Origin: Pocillopora damicornis
Taxonomy: Eukaryota
Length of the DNA stretch: 64,000 bases
Reading direction: 5' to 3'
Assembly: GCF_003704095.1 (NCBI RefSeq)
Contig: NW_020847100.1
Span: forward strand, 62,001-126,000
A program made the translations under genes and the position numbers. The notes beneath the pieces are model-generated. The model saw only the letters and a program-made list of their open reading frames with translations, had not been told where the DNA came from and ran no database searches. Within the stretch, counting starts at the first letter, position 1; the number at the start of each line of letters is the position of its first letter. Below are positions 63,311-64,000 of this stretch, in pieces.

Positions 63311-64000
63311 ATGATAGGTTTCCTCGAGATATGTGTTTTTCTGTTTGTCGTCTTGCACATCTTGAGGATTTATTTTGCCGATTGCGATGCAGTACTACAT
63401 TTCTACGAGAGATTTGCAAAGCCACCGGATAAAAGACTACGAGGTAAAGTGATTTGGATTACTGGTGCATCGAGCGGAATCGGCGAACATTTAGCGTACA
63501 AGCTAACTGAATTTGGCTGCAAACTGGTACTATCAGCGAGGAGAAAAGACGAATTAGACAGAGTGAAAAATCAGTGCAAGAGTAAGTTATGCTCTAAGTT
63601 ATTTTAGTTTTTAAAACTTCATTCTACACGAGGTGAGGGAAAGCAGTCGCGTGGGGGGACGGGAGCTTAAGAATTTTTTTTACTTCCATTAATTTCTCAG
63701 ACTTTTTCAAACCAAAAGAAGGCGACTCACTTACATGTCATTGAATAAGTTTATTGTGTTATGCCTCGATCTTCAAAACCTACCGACACATGTAAATGAG
63801 GTGGACCAAAGTGGCAGGGTATTCTGCAGTTGCTCCAAAAATGATTGAAGTTCAGTTATATATTGTAACTATCAATAATAGTCTTTGTTTTCTTGTTACA
63901 TAGGCTTGGCAGGAAAGCTTTTTCCATTAACATTTGAGGAAGACTTTCTTGTTGTCCCATTGGATATTACAAATTTCGCTTCACACGAAGACTGCGTTAC
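63311..64000 (+). CDS. DHRS7: Short-chain dehydrogenase/reductase, DHRS7-like, 5' partial (exons 63311-63581 and 63904 to beyond 64000)
   Basis: N-terminal hydrophobic anchor, ADCD, LRGKVIWITGASSGIGEHLAY (TGxxxGxG), KLVLSARRKDELDRVKNQC. The second exon (FLVVPLDITNFASHE) joins in phase 1. Confidence 0.85.

Overview
Eukaryotic, intron-rich, AT-rich genomic DNA with seven N gaps. It is most likely an anthozoan or stony-coral scaffold (inferred from ShK-rich genes and tRNA-SINE, MITE and Penelope-type repeats). Most entries in the ORF track are exon fragments or noise. Manual splicing gives: a signal-peptide exon of a minus-strand gene leaving the window on the left; a minus-strand secreted FN2/ShK protein (5542-10493); a G-protein gamma subunit with an uninterrupted CDS (13504-13737); a tandem array of four plus-strand secreted ShK genes (21752-49112); a small disordered Tyr-motif protein (51886-54423); a secreted F5/8 type C (discoidin) protein truncated by a gap (57407-58651); and the 5' part of a DHRS7-like SDR (63311 to window end). 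The most interesting system is the ShK array. Every gene pairs a canonical 6-Cys ShK domain with a 4-Cys ShK-like domain that has lost exactly the C1-C6 disulfide, then carries a completely different low-complexity tail (Gln/Pro plus Lys/Glu repeats; YGQQP/Cys-Pro; acidic Ser-Gly; Tyr-Pro/Ala-Pro plus Lys-rich). This suggests a modular secreted structural or cross-linking protein kit. All gene models were made by eye, without transcript or database support.
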